A stretch of 64,000 bases of DNA from Bradyrhizobium sp. GTDB lineage: Bacteria > Pseudomonadota > Alphaproteobacteria > Rhizobiales > Xanthobacteraceae. Every line of letters begins with the position of its first letter. The stretch's first letter is position 1. The position numbers and the translations under genes are program-made. Under the pieces are notes generated by a model. That model did no database searches and was not told the DNA's origin. It was given only the letters and a program-made list of their open reading frames with translations. This document shows positions 20,757-30,157 of this stretch, in pieces. The DNA lies in assembly GCF_035570375.1 (NCBI RefSeq), contig NZ_DATMLW010000198.1, positions 7,479 to 71,478 on the forward strand, read 5' to 3'.

Positions 20757-21707
20757 TTATGGCAAGGCCAGCGCCTCGTCCGTTATTTTCGCCAATCCCT
20801 TTGCTTGTTGCCAGACCGTCCTTGCTTTGGTTGCGTCCCGCGACTCTGCCGAGGAAAGGATTTCCTTGAAGCCGTCAAAATAACGGCCGCTGATGCCTTC
20901 GAATTTTGCATCCGTAACGAGTCCACCAAGCCCTCGCGCGGCTTCATCTTCCGTTGAAAGATGTGATCCCATGAACCTCACGAATGGCGTGGACGTCAGC
21001 GCGAATTTCATGATTTTCCTTCGAAGCGGCGGCGCTTCGTTGCTAAACTCCGTCGTTGGCACTACGCCGGGGGACCAGGAATTCACGGTGTTGCCTTTTA
21101 TTCCCTGTCCCGTCAGTCTGCGATCCAGTTCGAGAGCGCACATCATTGCAAACATTTTGGCCGTGCCGTAACGCGCCATCGGACTCATTTTAGCGAATAT
21201 TCCTCGGCCGTAAGCCGCATCTTCGGCCGCGCCGAACTTCGGCGAGGCAATTTTTCCCATTTTCGTAGCCGCCGGGTCGTGCAGGTCGCTCGATACAAAA
21301 ACAATGCGCGCCGGTGCCAGCATTTTCCCGACCAGAAGGCTGGTGAGCGCGAAATGGCCGAGGAAATTCAGTTGAAAAATATGTTCGAAGCTATCTTTGG
21401 AAAATTCCAGGGACTTGGCCTTCATGTTGATGCCGCCAGCATTCAGCACGAGGCCATGCAACGGCGGCAGCTCCTGCTTTTCGAGAGAGGCAGCAAAATC
21501 TCTTATGGACTGCAATGAAAGCAAGTCGAGGGGCAAGGTGCTGACGGACGCTTGTGGATGAATTTTTCGAATTTCCTCCAAGGCAGCTTCAGCCTTTGCG
21601 GAGCTCCTGCAAGCCAGGACAACCTGCCAGTCGGAATGGCCGGCGATATACTTTGCGGTAGCAAAGCCAATGCCCGCATTAGCTCCCGTGATAACAACCG
21701 TCTTCAT
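20757..21707 (-). CDS. SDR oxidoreductase (retinol dehydrogenase/POR-like)
   Basis: ITGANAGIG, LNAG, NFLGHF, FVSS, YGTAK, SGRYF; lower GC than flanks. Confidence 0.9.
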   Translation of the reverse strand: MKTVVITGANAGIGFATAKYIAGHSDWQVVLACRSSAKAEAALEEIRKIHPQASVSTLPLDLLSLQSIRDFAASLEKQELPPLHGLVLNAGGINMKAKSLEFSKDSFEHIFQLNFLGHFALTSLLVGKMLAPARIVFVSSDLHDPAATKMGKIASPKFGAAEDAAYGRGIFAKMSPMARYGTAKMFAMMCALELDRRLTGQGIKGNTVNSWSPGVVPTTEFSNEAPPLRRKIMKFALTSTPFVRFMGSHLSTEDEAARGLGGLVTDAKFEGISGRYFDGFKEILSSAESRDATKARTVWQQAKGLAKITDEALALP

Positions 21708-21716
21708 GTGCCAACC

Positions 21717-22636
21717 CTACGAACCCGCAGACGCGAGCGCCGTCTGGCCCAAGGCCGATTGGGCCAGCGCTTCGCTCAAGGCCCAGAGCCGCTCGCCCTC
21801 CTCCCGATTCTGCAGATTCCGGGATAAAGGCAGACGCTTGAACTTACCGACCATCGAGAACAACGCCCCGGATTCACCTTCGAACTCCTCGGCCAACAAC
21901 AACTTCAACGCCGCTGCAGCGGGCACATCCGGCGTACGAGAAATCAATCGATGGATCACATGACGCACCATCAGCTTCATCCATAGCGGCATTTCGCTGT
22001 CGATATTCGTTTGGTCGGACCGGGGTGAAGGCATGAAATCGTGACCGACGGACGCTGAGCGGAGACGGTCAGTCGGCGCGCCAGTTCGACGGCAAAGACG
22101 TCGTTAGCATAGTGAAACTGCTTGAACGCCCTGATCATCGCGAAGTTCGTCGTCAGATTGACGTCGTCGTAGTGAATCGTCCCCTCAAACCCGGGATGGG
22201 CGACCATGACGATCCGCGCCGGTTTGCCTGGCTGACCTGCGGCCTGGAGAGCCGGAAGGAGGCGAACGGTCAACATGAACCGGCTCAGGTAATTCGTCGC
22301 AAAGTTCGACTCGATGCCTTCGGCCGTTACCAAATGGCGACCCCGTACGACGCCCGCGCTGTGCACCAGGTAGTGCATTGCGGGCCATCCCTTTGCGACC
22401 TCATCGCCGAGGCGGCGCGTCTGCCGCATCAGGCTCAGGTCCGCCTGGACAAAATCAACGTCTTTATTGCCGGAGAAGGCGCGAATCTCCTGTTGTGCCC
22501 GGGCGCCCTTCTCGGCATCGCGACCGACGATGATCAATCGGGCGCCTCGTCGAGCCATCGCGCGGGCGATTTCTTTTCCGACTCCGTCGGTGCCGCCGGT
22601 CACCAGCGCCACCCTGCCGTTCAACTGCTCAATCAA
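21717..22636 (-). pseudogene. SDR oxidoreductase split by a 1-bp frameshift
   Basis: SD AAGGAG, TTG 22636, VTGGTDGVG..HPGPTK, then continues in another frame TNIDSEMP..ERLWALSE; one extra A at 22010-22012 restores the frame. Confidence 0.82.
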
Positions 22637-23203
22637 GGTCGGGTCTCCTTCGTTCGACTTCGATCCTGGGGTAGCGCCTTCCGAACCACATCCGGCCGAG
22701 CAACCCGTCCCGAAGAATGAAGGTGTGATAGAGAGCAGCAACCACATGCAGCGCGATCAGCGCCATCAACAGGCGGGAAATCACGTAGTGGACCGGGCGC
22801 ATGGGAAATACCCAGAAGTCAGCCGGCAGCGCACCGTGACCGCCGAACAGGACATCCGGCAAGCCGGCTTGCAGCGCCAGGGTGAGGCCGCTGGCCGCCT
22901 GGCAGAACACCAGCACATAAAGCATGCGATGTGAGAGCCAGGCCACCCGGTCGAGTACCGGACTTCCGGTTGACGCTCGCGCCGGGTGCGCCGTCCGCAC
23001 ACGCACGACCAGTCGGAGCAACATCAGGACGACGAGCAGAGTGCCGCCGGCAAGATGCTGGCGTAGCCCGTCGACTTTCATCGGGTCGGTGTTCGGGATC
23101 TTGACCAGCACCAGGGCGCCCCCGCCAGCGCGATGGTGAACAGCACGGCGAGCAGCCAATGCGTGGCCACCAACAACGGATGATATCTGATGACGCGTTG
23201 AAT
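22629..23203 (-). pseudogene. Cytochrome b561-family protein, frameshifted, with ATT in the start position
   Basis: GGAGG-6nt-ATT, RYHPLLVATHWLLA in one frame; QH..G, SHRMLY, VHY, LHVVAALYH..RD..L.RM in another; one extra G in the run at 23119-23123 joins them. Confidence 0.8.
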
Positions 23204-23301
23204 GTTCGACCTCCGTCCCCGATGCGCAACGATCTGTGAATTGCATGCCGCACGTGGGCCGCCTGCATTCCCCGATTTCCACTATACAGCCGTCGCGCAC
23301 G

Positions 23302-23339
23302 AAAGTAAAATTCAAATTTACATTTGAAATATCACTTTA
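23302..23339. promoter_or_regulatory. Palindromic operator-like site upstream of the cytochrome b-SDR-SDR operon
   Basis: TTCAAAT-TTAC-ATTTGAA (23311-23328) within AAAGT..ACTTT. Confidence 0.5.
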
Positions 23340-23495
23340 CGGATACCGGATTCCCGCGGCCTGTGAGGTGGGGGAGGCCGAATCGTTCGTTCGTCGAGGA
23401 GTTGCGCGTCGGGCGGGCCAGCGCGAAACGGCAACCGGATTTCACGGGGATGTCTTCGGGCGGATTGCGGCCGCGCGCGTAGCGCGGGTGCCGTT

Positions 23496-26423
23496 CTAGC
23501 TTGCGGCCTCGAGGCGGACTTCGGTCAAAAGCCGCATCGCGGCGTCCGCATCCATCGGCTCGCCGAAGGCAAAGCCTTGCGCGTATTCGCAGCCCAGCTG
23601 GTAAAGCTCGACCGCGTCCGAATCGGTCTCGGCGCCCTCGGCGACCACCTCCATGCCGAGATCATGGGCGAGCGCGACGATCGATTTCAGGATCACCGGG
23701 CGCGTGCCGCGGCTGGTGGTGCGGACGAAGGACTGGTCGATCTTGATGGTGTCGAACGGAAAGCGCTGCAGATAGGCCAGCGACGAATGGCCGGTGCCGA
23801 AATCGTCGAGCGAAAGTCCGGTGCCGAGTTCGCGGATCCGCGTCAGCATCTGCGCGGCGTGTTCCGGATTCTCCATGACCAGTGATTCCGTCAATTCGAG
23901 CTTTAGCGTGCCGCGCACCACCGAGGAGCGCGACAGCACGGTGCGGACATCGTGGATCAAATCGTGCCTAAGCAACTGGCGCGAGGACACGTTGACGCTG
24001 GCAAAGATCGGTTCGCGCGAACGCATCGCGCGCTGCCAGATCGAAAGCTGCTTGGCGGTCTGATCGAGGACGAACATGCCGAGATCGACGATCAGGCCGA
24101 TCTCCTCGGCGATGGAGATGAATTCCACCGGCGACATGCGCCCGAGTTTCGGATGATCCCAGCGCGCCAGGGCCTCGAAGCCAGCGATCGAGCGATCCTC
24201 CAGCCGCACGATCGGCTGGTACAGGATCGTGATTTCCTCGCGCTCGATGGCGCGGCGCAATTCGGACTCCAGCGTCAGGCGGTCGGTTTTCCGCGCCCGC
24301 ATCGCCGGCTTGTAGACGTCGATGCGGTCGCCGCCGATCCGCTTGGAGTGGTACATCGCAAGCTCGGCGTCCTTGATGATCTCGTCGGAGAGCGCGACCT
24401 GCGGATCGGAGAGCGCGAGCCCGATCGATGCGGTCAGGAAAATCTCGCGGTCGTTGAAGGCGATCGGCGCGCGGACAGTCTTGCGAATGGTTTCGGCGAA
24501 GGCGGTGATGCGTCCCGGGTCCTGTTCCGACATCAGGATCAGGCCGAACTGGTCGCCGGCGAGCCGCGCCAGCGTATCCTGCGGTTTGAGGATGCGGGTC
24601 AGCCGCCGCGCCAGTGTCAGGAGGATCGAATCCCCCACCGCGATGCCGACGGAATCATTGACCTGCTTGAAGCGGTCGAGGTCGATCACCATCAGCGTCG
24701 GCCGCAGGTTCGGCACCGTCCTGGTGAAATTGGCGACCGCATTCAGCCGGTCGATGAACAGTTTTCGGTTCGGCAGGCCGGTGAGGTTGTCATGCACCGA
24801 GTCATGAAGCATGCGCTCTTCGGCGTTCCTGGTCTCGGTGACGTCGGTGAGCGTGCCGACCACGCGCGAGACCTCGCCGTCGGAACCGACCACCGGGCGC
24901 GCCTTGAGCGCAAACCACATGAAATGTCCGTCCGGCGTGCGCAGGCGGAAATCCTGCACCAGCCGCCCGCGGCGCTGATCGAGCACGCTGTCGAGCGCCG
25001 CGCGGAAACGATCCTGGTCGAGCGGATGCAGCACTTCGAGCCATTTCGCGGCCGGGCCTTCCAGCGCGCCGCGTTTGAGGCCGAGAAGGCTTTCCGTCTC
25101 GGGGCTGGTGAAGACCTTGTCGGCGGAGACGTCCCAGTCCCAGATCAGGTCTCCCGACCCGGTCAAGGCCAGTGCGCGGCGTTCGACGTCGGAGACAATA
25201 CCGGTGGTGGCGCCGCCGCCGGCAAAGGCATGCTGCATCACCGTGAAGCCGATCAGCATTACGATCAGCACCAGGCCGCCGAGCAGCGCCGGGCCGACGA
25301 TGTCGTTGGTGACGCTGCCGGCCACCGTCATGCTGGCCGCGATCACCCAGACCACAAGCAGGAACCAGGTCGGGATCAACAGCACCGCGCGGTCGAAGCC
25401 GTGGGTGGACAGATAGACGATCAGCGCAAAGCCCGCGAAGGCGATCAGGACCAGCGATATCCGTGCAATGCCCGAGGCGACGGCCGGATCGAACAGCGCC
25501 AGCGCAACCAGCGAGCCGAGAAAAACCAGCCATCCGATCGTGATGTGCGAATAGCGCACGTGCCAGCGGCTGAGATTGAGATAGGCGAACAGGAACACCA
25601 GGAGGGTAGCCGCCAGAATCGCCTCGCCGCCCGCGCGCCAGACCCGCTCGGCATTGTTCGACATGTCGAGCACCTTGCCCCAGAAGCCGAAATCGACGCC
25701 GATATAGATCAGCACCGCCCAGGCGAGCGCGGCGGCGGCGGGGAACATGATGCTGCCCTTGACCACGAACAGGATGGTCAACACCAGCGCCAGAAGTCCG
25801 GAGATGCCGATCACGATGCCCTGGTAGAGCGTGAAGGAATTGACCTTGTCCTTGTAGGCGTCGGGCTCCCAGAGATAGAGCTGCGGCAATTTATCGGTGC
25901 GCAGCTCCGCGACATAGGTCACGACGGAGCCGGGATCGAGCGTGATGCGGAAAATGTCGGCGGTCGCGCTCTCCTGCCGTTCCGGGCGGTCGCCGATCGA
26001 AGGCGTGATGGTTGCGATGCGCGACAGGCCGAGATCGGGCCACAACAGGCCAGACGACACGATGCGGTAGTGAGGCGCAACGATCAGACGATCGAGCTGG
26101 TCGTCGGTATTGTTGGCGAGCGCAAATACCACCCAGTTCTGACCGCCTTCGCGGGCACGGACTTCAATGCGGCGGACGATGCCGTCGGTGCCGGGTGCGG
26201 TGGAGACCTGAATGCGGTCGGTGTCGCTGCGCTGATGATCGAGCACCGCGGTCAGGTCGATCGCCGACACGTCGCCGCGGACGCTGACGGCGTCGATGGC
26301 ACGCGCCGGCGTCGCCGCAAACATCAAGAGGCCGAGCACAAGTGCCGCCGATCTGATGTCCCAGCACCACCGGGGGCGCATTCGAACCCGGAACTTCACA
26401 TCGAAAAGCGGAACTCTGGTCAT
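23496..26423 (-). CDS. Membrane sensor (7TM-DISM-like) PAS-GGDEF-EAL protein; start uncertain (26423 or 26381)
   Basis: Signal peptide, ~7 TM helices, PAS/PAC, degenerate AGDQF, intact EAL (FEALARW, DDFGTG, KIDQ, AEGAE). Confidence 0.9.
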   Translation of the reverse strand: MTRVPLFDVKFRVRMRPRWCWDIRSAALVLGLLMFAATPARAIDAVSVRGDVSAIDLTAVLDHQRSDTDRIQVSTAPGTDGIVRRIEVRAREGGQNWVVFALANNTDDQLDRLIVAPHYRIVSSGLLWPDLGLSRIATITPSIGDRPERQESATADIFRITLDPGSVVTYVAELRTDKLPQLYLWEPDAYKDKVNSFTLYQGIVIGISGLLALVLTILFVVKGSIMFPAAAALAWAVLIYIGVDFGFWGKVLDMSNNAERVWRAGGEAILAATLLVFLFAYLNLSRWHVRYSHITIGWLVFLGSLVALALFDPAVASGIARISLVLIAFAGFALIVYLSTHGFDRAVLLIPTWFLLVVWVIAASMTVAGSVTNDIVGPALLGGLVLIVMLIGFTVMQHAFAGGGATTGIVSDVERRALALTGSGDLIWDWDVSADKVFTSPETESLLGLKRGALEGPAAKWLEVLHPLDQDRFRAALDSVLDQRRGRLVQDFRLRTPDGHFMWFALKARPVVGSDGEVSRVVGTLTDVTETRNAEERMLHDSVHDNLTGLPNRKLFIDRLNAVANFTRTVPNLRPTLMVIDLDRFKQVNDSVGIAVGDSILLTLARRLTRILKPQDTLARLAGDQFGLILMSEQDPGRITAFAETIRKTVRAPIAFNDREIFLTASIGLALSDPQVALSDEIIKDAELAMYHSKRIGGDRIDVYKPAMRARKTDRLTLESELRRAIEREEITILYQPIVRLEDRSIAGFEALARWDHPKLGRMSPVEFISIAEEIGLIVDLGMFVLDQTAKQLSIWQRAMRSREPIFASVNVSSRQLLRHDLIHDVRTVLSRSSVVRGTLKLELTESLVMENPEHAAQMLTRIRELGTGLSLDDFGTGHSSLAYLQRFPFDTIKIDQSFVRTTSRGTRPVILKSIVALAHDLGMEVVAEGAETDSDAVELYQLGCEYAQGFAFGEPMDADAAMRLLTEVRLEAAS

Positions 26424-26504
26424 GTTTTTAGTGCCCATGACCTTCCGAAGTTCGCGAAACGTGAATGCGGCGACGTCGGGCGAACTTCGGAAAGCGGGCA
26501 CGGG
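26339..26504. mobile_element. Degenerate double-hairpin unit inserted in the 5' coding region of the EAL gene
   Basis: Hairpin A TTCCGAAGTTCGC/GCGAACTTCGGAA; decayed hairpin B GATCTGATGTCCC/GGAACTTCACATC. Confidence 0.7.
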
Positions 26505-26654
26505 CCGCTGTCAGGCACCTGATCAGACGCAAGGTCCATTCTCCGCAATCAGCATTATTTTGCCGCCCAAGGTCCTTTCGCCCCGCGGTGCCGGATAGAT
26601 GACACGAATGCGAAGGAATTCAAAGACTTTCCGGCCCGCGATCCGTCGCGAGCG

Positions 26655-27653
26655 TTAAACGGTCAACACAATTTTGCCAATATGTTCACCGCTCTCCATC
26701 CGCCGATGCGCGTCTGCAGCCTTTTCCAGCGGAAAAGTGCTGTCCATCACGGGCCTTATGCGCCCCTGGCGCACCAGCGGCATCACCTTGGCTTCGATCG
26801 CACCCACCATGGCCGCCTTGTCCGCATTGCTTCGGGGTCTAAGCGTCGAGCCGGTATGGTGCAGCCTTTTCACCATCAGCCTGGCAAAATTGGCGGTTGC
26901 CGTGGGTCCGCCGAGCAGTGCGATCTGGACGATGCGTCCATCGGTCGCGGCGGCATCGTAATTGCGTTCGACGTAGTCGCCGCCGACCATGTCGAGAATG
27001 ACGTTGGGACCAGTCCCCGACGTGATCTTCTTCGCGGCTGCAACGAAATCCTCGGCCTTGTAATTGATGGCGTGATCGGCCCCGAGCCTGAGGCAGGCGT
27101 CGGCCTTGTCCTTCGATCCGACGGTGACGATCACTTTCGAGCCGAACGCCTTCGCAAGCTGGATCGCCATGGTGCCGATGCCCGACGAGCCGCCATGGAT
27201 CAGAATGGTCTCGCCGCCCTGAAGCCGGCCGCGCTCGAATACATTGTGCCAGACCGTCATCAGTGTTTCCGGCGTGGCGCCGGCCTCGAGCATGGAAAGC
27301 GACGAGGGCACCGCGATCGCCTGCGCGTCCTGCGCGATGCAATATTGCGCATAACCGCCGCCGGCCACCAGCGACATCACCTTGTCGCCGAGCTTGTGCT
27401 TTCCGGCTCCCTCGCCGAGCGCGACCACTTCGCCGGCGACTTCAAGGCCGGGCAGGTCGCTCGCGCCGGGCGGCGGGGGGTAGGAACCGGAACGCTGGGC
27501 GACGTCGGGCCGATTGACGCCCGCGGCTTCGACCCTGATCAGGATCTCGTTCGGCCCTGGCGCAGGCACGGTGCGCTTTTCGGGCAGAAGCACTTCCGGA
27601 CCGCCGGGCTTGCTGATCGCGATCACGGTCATTTGCGAAGGGACTTTTTCCAT
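26655..27653 (-). CDS. NAD(P)H-quinone oxidoreductase (PIG3 family)
   Basis: GGPEVL, GVNRPD..QRSG.YPPP, PGLEVAG, HGGSSGIG, HIGKIVL. Confidence 0.93.
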   Translation of the reverse strand: MEKVPSQMTVIAISKPGGPEVLLPEKRTVPAPGPNEILIRVEAAGVNRPDVAQRSGSYPPPPGASDLPGLEVAGEVVALGEGAGKHKLGDKVMSLVAGGGYAQYCIAQDAQAIAVPSSLSMLEAGATPETLMTVWHNVFERGRLQGGETILIHGGSSGIGTMAIQLAKAFGSKVIVTVGSKDKADACLRLGADHAINYKAEDFVAAAKKITSGTGPNVILDMVGGDYVERNYDAAATDGRIVQIALLGGPTATANFARLMVKRLHHTGSTLRPRSNADKAAMVGAIEAKVMPLVRQGRIRPVMDSTFPLEKAADAHRRMESGEHIGKIVLTV

Positions 27654-27673
27654 GATTTGTTCTCGGCCAGACG

Positions 27674-27839
27674 CCAGTGCGGCGGATTTGACGTTCCTAT
27701 CAGTCTCGCCGCGAATGCGTTATAGGAACGTCAAATCCAAAGCCACACTAGAATCACAGAGTTGCCAGTGTCCCTCTGGTTCCGACGTTCGTAAAAGTGT
27801 GTGTGGCAAAGTCAACGAACGTCGGAACCGGGACGCTAG
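27674..27839. mobile_element. Double-hairpin unit, variant subfamily, reverse orientation
   Basis: GGATTTGACGTTCCTAT/ATAGGAACGTCAAATCC and GGTTCCGACGTTCGT/ACGAACGTCGGAACC; ends CCAG..CTAG. Confidence 0.8.
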
Positions 27840-27938
27840 AGTTTTCCGGAAGCGGGAGTTTCAGGGAAGCATCTGATTACAGAGTGCCGTTCGGGCTGGC
27901 AACCGCAAGGTCTCGCTTTGCGGCGCGGAGCAGGGTAC

Positions 27939-28130
27939 ATGGCGAGCGAGGACGACGACAGGCCGAGAAAGAAGGTCACCCATGAGATCGGGCAGGACCT
28001 CTCGCTGCTTTCGGTCGAGGAACTCAACGAGCGGATCGTGCTGCTCTCGTCCGAGATCGAGCGCCTGCAGGCGGCCGCCGCCAGGAAGCGCGCCTCGAAG
28101 GACGCCGCCAACAGCTTCTTCAAGTCGTAA
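27939..28130 (+). CDS. DUF1192-family small protein
   Basis: HEIGQDLSLLSVEELNERI..L..EI.RL..K.AS..AA..FF. Confidence 0.9.
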   Translation: MASEDDDRPRKKVTHEIGQDLSLLSVEELNERIVLLSSEIERLQAAAARKRASKDAANSFFKS

Positions 28131-28136
28131 GTCTTG

Positions 28137-28290
28137 TCGTCCGGCCAAGCGAGTGCAACGAGCGCCAGCCGGGACCGGTACGCCCTGTGCTCACCTTGGG
28201 TAGCGAGTTAGTCGACACTCCTTTTATGACCGATATAGGTTTTTATGACCGATATAGGTGGTTATGGGTCCCCGCGTGCGCGGGGACGAC
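28137..28290. repeat. REP-like element containing a perfect 19-bp tandem duplication
   Basis: GTCGTCCGGC..GCCGGGACC and GGGTCCCCGCGTGCGCGGGGACGAC arms; TTTTATGACCGATATAGGT x2 at 28222-28259. Confidence 0.65.
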
Positions 28291-28396
28291 CGGCTGGAGT
28301 GCTCCCCCGACTCGGCCAATGGCCGACATGGCAAACAATCCCTGAAAAAAATTGTTCGTTTACGATCGATTAAGCTTTCTCAGGTATGACTTGGGC

Positions 28397-28490
28397 CGTC
28401 CTCTTTGGACACCGAGTGGCTCCTGTCACTCTGTTTGACGCCTCCCTGTTATCAACTTCAAAAGCCGCCGGAAACGGCGGCTCTTTTTTT
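28397..28490 (+). ncRNA. Probable trans-acting sRNA (position fits the BjrC1505 family, from recollection)
   Basis: -10-like TATGAC at 28385, anti-SD motifs (GCTCCT, CCTCCC), intrinsic terminator; non-coding, between DUF1192 and rcdA. Confidence 0.6.
28463..28490 (+). terminator. Rho-independent terminator
   Basis: AGCCGCCG-GAAA-CGGCGGCT followed by CTTTTTTT. Confidence 0.85.
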
Positions 28491-28716
28491 CGCGATTCGC
28501 CACTTCGGTCCCAATTCGCGCCGCAATGTGCCGCCGATAAACGGCACTCAAGTCATCAAATTGCCGGGACGCCTTGTTGTTCGGAAAGTCCGCAAGCGGC
28601 TGCGAGCGCGGTGCGGCGATCTTCGAAAGAAAGGACGCTGGAAACCATAAAAATGGTTGCGGCTGGACTCTCGTGCACGAGCGCGCAATGATTTGTTCAT
28701 CATAAACGGCCGCGTT

Positions 28717-28884
28717 CTGGTGTCCGGGTTCTGACGTTCGTGTTGCTGCAGTGAGCTCTTTTCGAAGGTCAGAACAAAAAGGGACACCGGCAATTGAGGA
28801 TTTGAGCAGCGGTTTTGGATTTGACATTCGCTCGTCAGGATTCGCAGGCGATACTGAAGCCGATGTCAAATCTGCCGTAACCGG
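28717..28884. mobile_element. Double-hairpin unit, variant subfamily
   Basis: GTTCTGACGTTCG/CGAAGGTCAGAAC and GGATTTGACATTCG/CGATGTCAAATC; loop GCGATACTGAAGC shared with the second unit of the 49108 array. Confidence 0.78.
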
Positions 28885-28919
28885 CCGGCCGGCGTAACCA
28901 GTGGCGTGAGGCGTTAACG

Positions 28920-29432
28920 ATGTCGGACCGTTCGCAGGGCGAAACCCCGCTCGTTCAATTCAGCGAAAAGCTGACCAATTCGGCAGCGTTCGGAAACCTG
29001 TTCCGGGAAGGGATGGATCTGGTCGAGCAGACCGCCGCCTATCTCGACGGGGCAGGTCGCGCCGAGGCCAAGGCGCTCGACCGCGCCGTCAGCCTCACTT
29101 ACGCCACCGAAAGCATGCGCCTGACGACCCGCTTGATGCAGCTCGCCTCCTGGCTCCTGCTTCACCGCGCGGTGAAGGAAGGCGAAATGACCTTGACCCA
29201 GGCCAATCGCGAAAAGACCAAGGTCAAACTCTCTGCCGCCGATCCCGGGCCGGGCGAAACCATCGAAAAGCTGCCGCCGCAGCTGCAGGACCTGATTGCG
29301 CGATCGATGTCGCTGCAGGCGAGGGTGCGCCGTCTCGACGCCACCATCCACGCCCCGCCCACCGAGCGCCCTCCGATCGGAAACCCGCTGGTGCCGCAGC
29401 TCAACCGGTTGAAGGCGGCCTTCGAGCAGTAA
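28920..29432 (+). CDS. rcdA: Regulator of CtrA degradation (DUF1465)
   Basis: LFREGMDLVEQTAAYLDGAGR, YATESMRLTTRLMQLASWLL. Confidence 0.92.
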   Translation: MSDRSQGETPLVQFSEKLTNSAAFGNLFREGMDLVEQTAAYLDGAGRAEAKALDRAVSLTYATESMRLTTRLMQLASWLLLHRAVKEGEMTLTQANREKTKVKLSAADPGPGETIEKLPPQLQDLIARSMSLQARVRRLDATIHAPPTERPPIGNPLVPQLNRLKAAFEQ

Positions 29433-29451
29433 GCCGCAATTCCAACGCTCA

Positions 29452-29595
29452 GTCATTCCGGGGCGCGAGTGAAACGAGCGAGCCCGGAATCCATAGCCAC
29501 GATCGGGAGTATGGATTCCGGGCCTGCGCCTTACGGCGCATCCCGGAATGACAAAAGACTGGATTGCTTCGTCGCCTGCGCTCCTCGCGATGACC
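29452..29595. repeat. Two adjacent REP-like elements
   Basis: GTCATTCCGGG..CCCGGAATGAC full element plus CTGGATTGCTTCG..CTCGCGATGAC half element. Confidence 0.78.
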
Positions 29596-29611
29596 GCGAG
29601 TAACCCAAAAC

Positions 29612-29640
29612 AAAAAGCCCCCGGCGATAGGCCAGGGGCG
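29612..29640 (-). terminator. Probable intrinsic terminator of rpmE
   Basis: GCCCC stem with an adjacent A-run (U-tract on the minus strand). Confidence 0.55.
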
Positions 29641-29671
29641 CGCTTGGTCTGCTGGATTAGGGCGGGCAGGC

Positions 29672-29899
29672 TTACTCTTTCTTGAGGAAGCCCGAGAACT
29701 TCTTCTGGAACCGGGAAACGCGGCCGCCGCGGTCGATGATCTGTTGGGCGCCGCCGATCCAGGCCGGATGCGACTTCGGATCGATGTCGAGGTTGAGCTT
29801 GTCGCCCTGCTTGCCCCAGGTGGAGCGCGTCTGGTACTCGGTGCCGTCGGTCATCACGACCGTAATCATATGATAATTCGGATGAATTTCGGCTTTCAT
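29672..29899 (-). CDS. rpmE: 50S ribosomal protein L31
   Basis: [33 protein letters not shown]; SD AAGGA. Confidence 0.96.
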   Translation of the reverse strand: MKAEIHPNYHMITVVMTDGTEYQTRSTWGKQGDKLNLDIDPKSHPAWIGGAQQIIDRGGRVSRFQKKFSGFLKKE

Positions 29900-30048
29900 G
29901 ACAGGTCCTTCGGCGCGCCGGCGCCCGTGTTTCGACTGTTGGTGGCGGATTTGGGCGGCTCTATAGCGCAAGGCACCCGTCAAAACAAGCCGAGTGTCAG
30001 CCTCGATCGGGTCGATTTTTCGATTTGCCTGCACCGCCCCGTTGAGTG

Positions 30049-30127
30049 CTAGTGGTCGTTCGGTTCCAGCATTCGAGAAAAGTGTCCGCAGCAACGGGAT
30101 GCGAATGTTGGAATCGGACCTATCTGG
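30049..30127. mobile_element. Solo hairpin of the double-hairpin family
   Basis: CTAGTGGTC..GGTTCCAGCATTCG/CGAATGTTGGAATC..GACC; resembles the third hairpin of the 40939 array. Confidence 0.65.
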
Positions 30128-30157
30128 GGATGGCAGAGCGAGTGGTTCAAAGATCTC

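Noticed and set aside
23952-26522. 856-aa plus-strand ORF, and similar long ORFs at 13888, 46453 and 6530
   Set aside because: Antisense shadows of well-supported genes
27674-28884. Double-hairpin units as integron attC sites
   Set aside because: Bulged hairpins are superficially similar, but RYYYAAC/GTTRRRY ends are not consistent, they lie upstream of core genes, and no integrase is present
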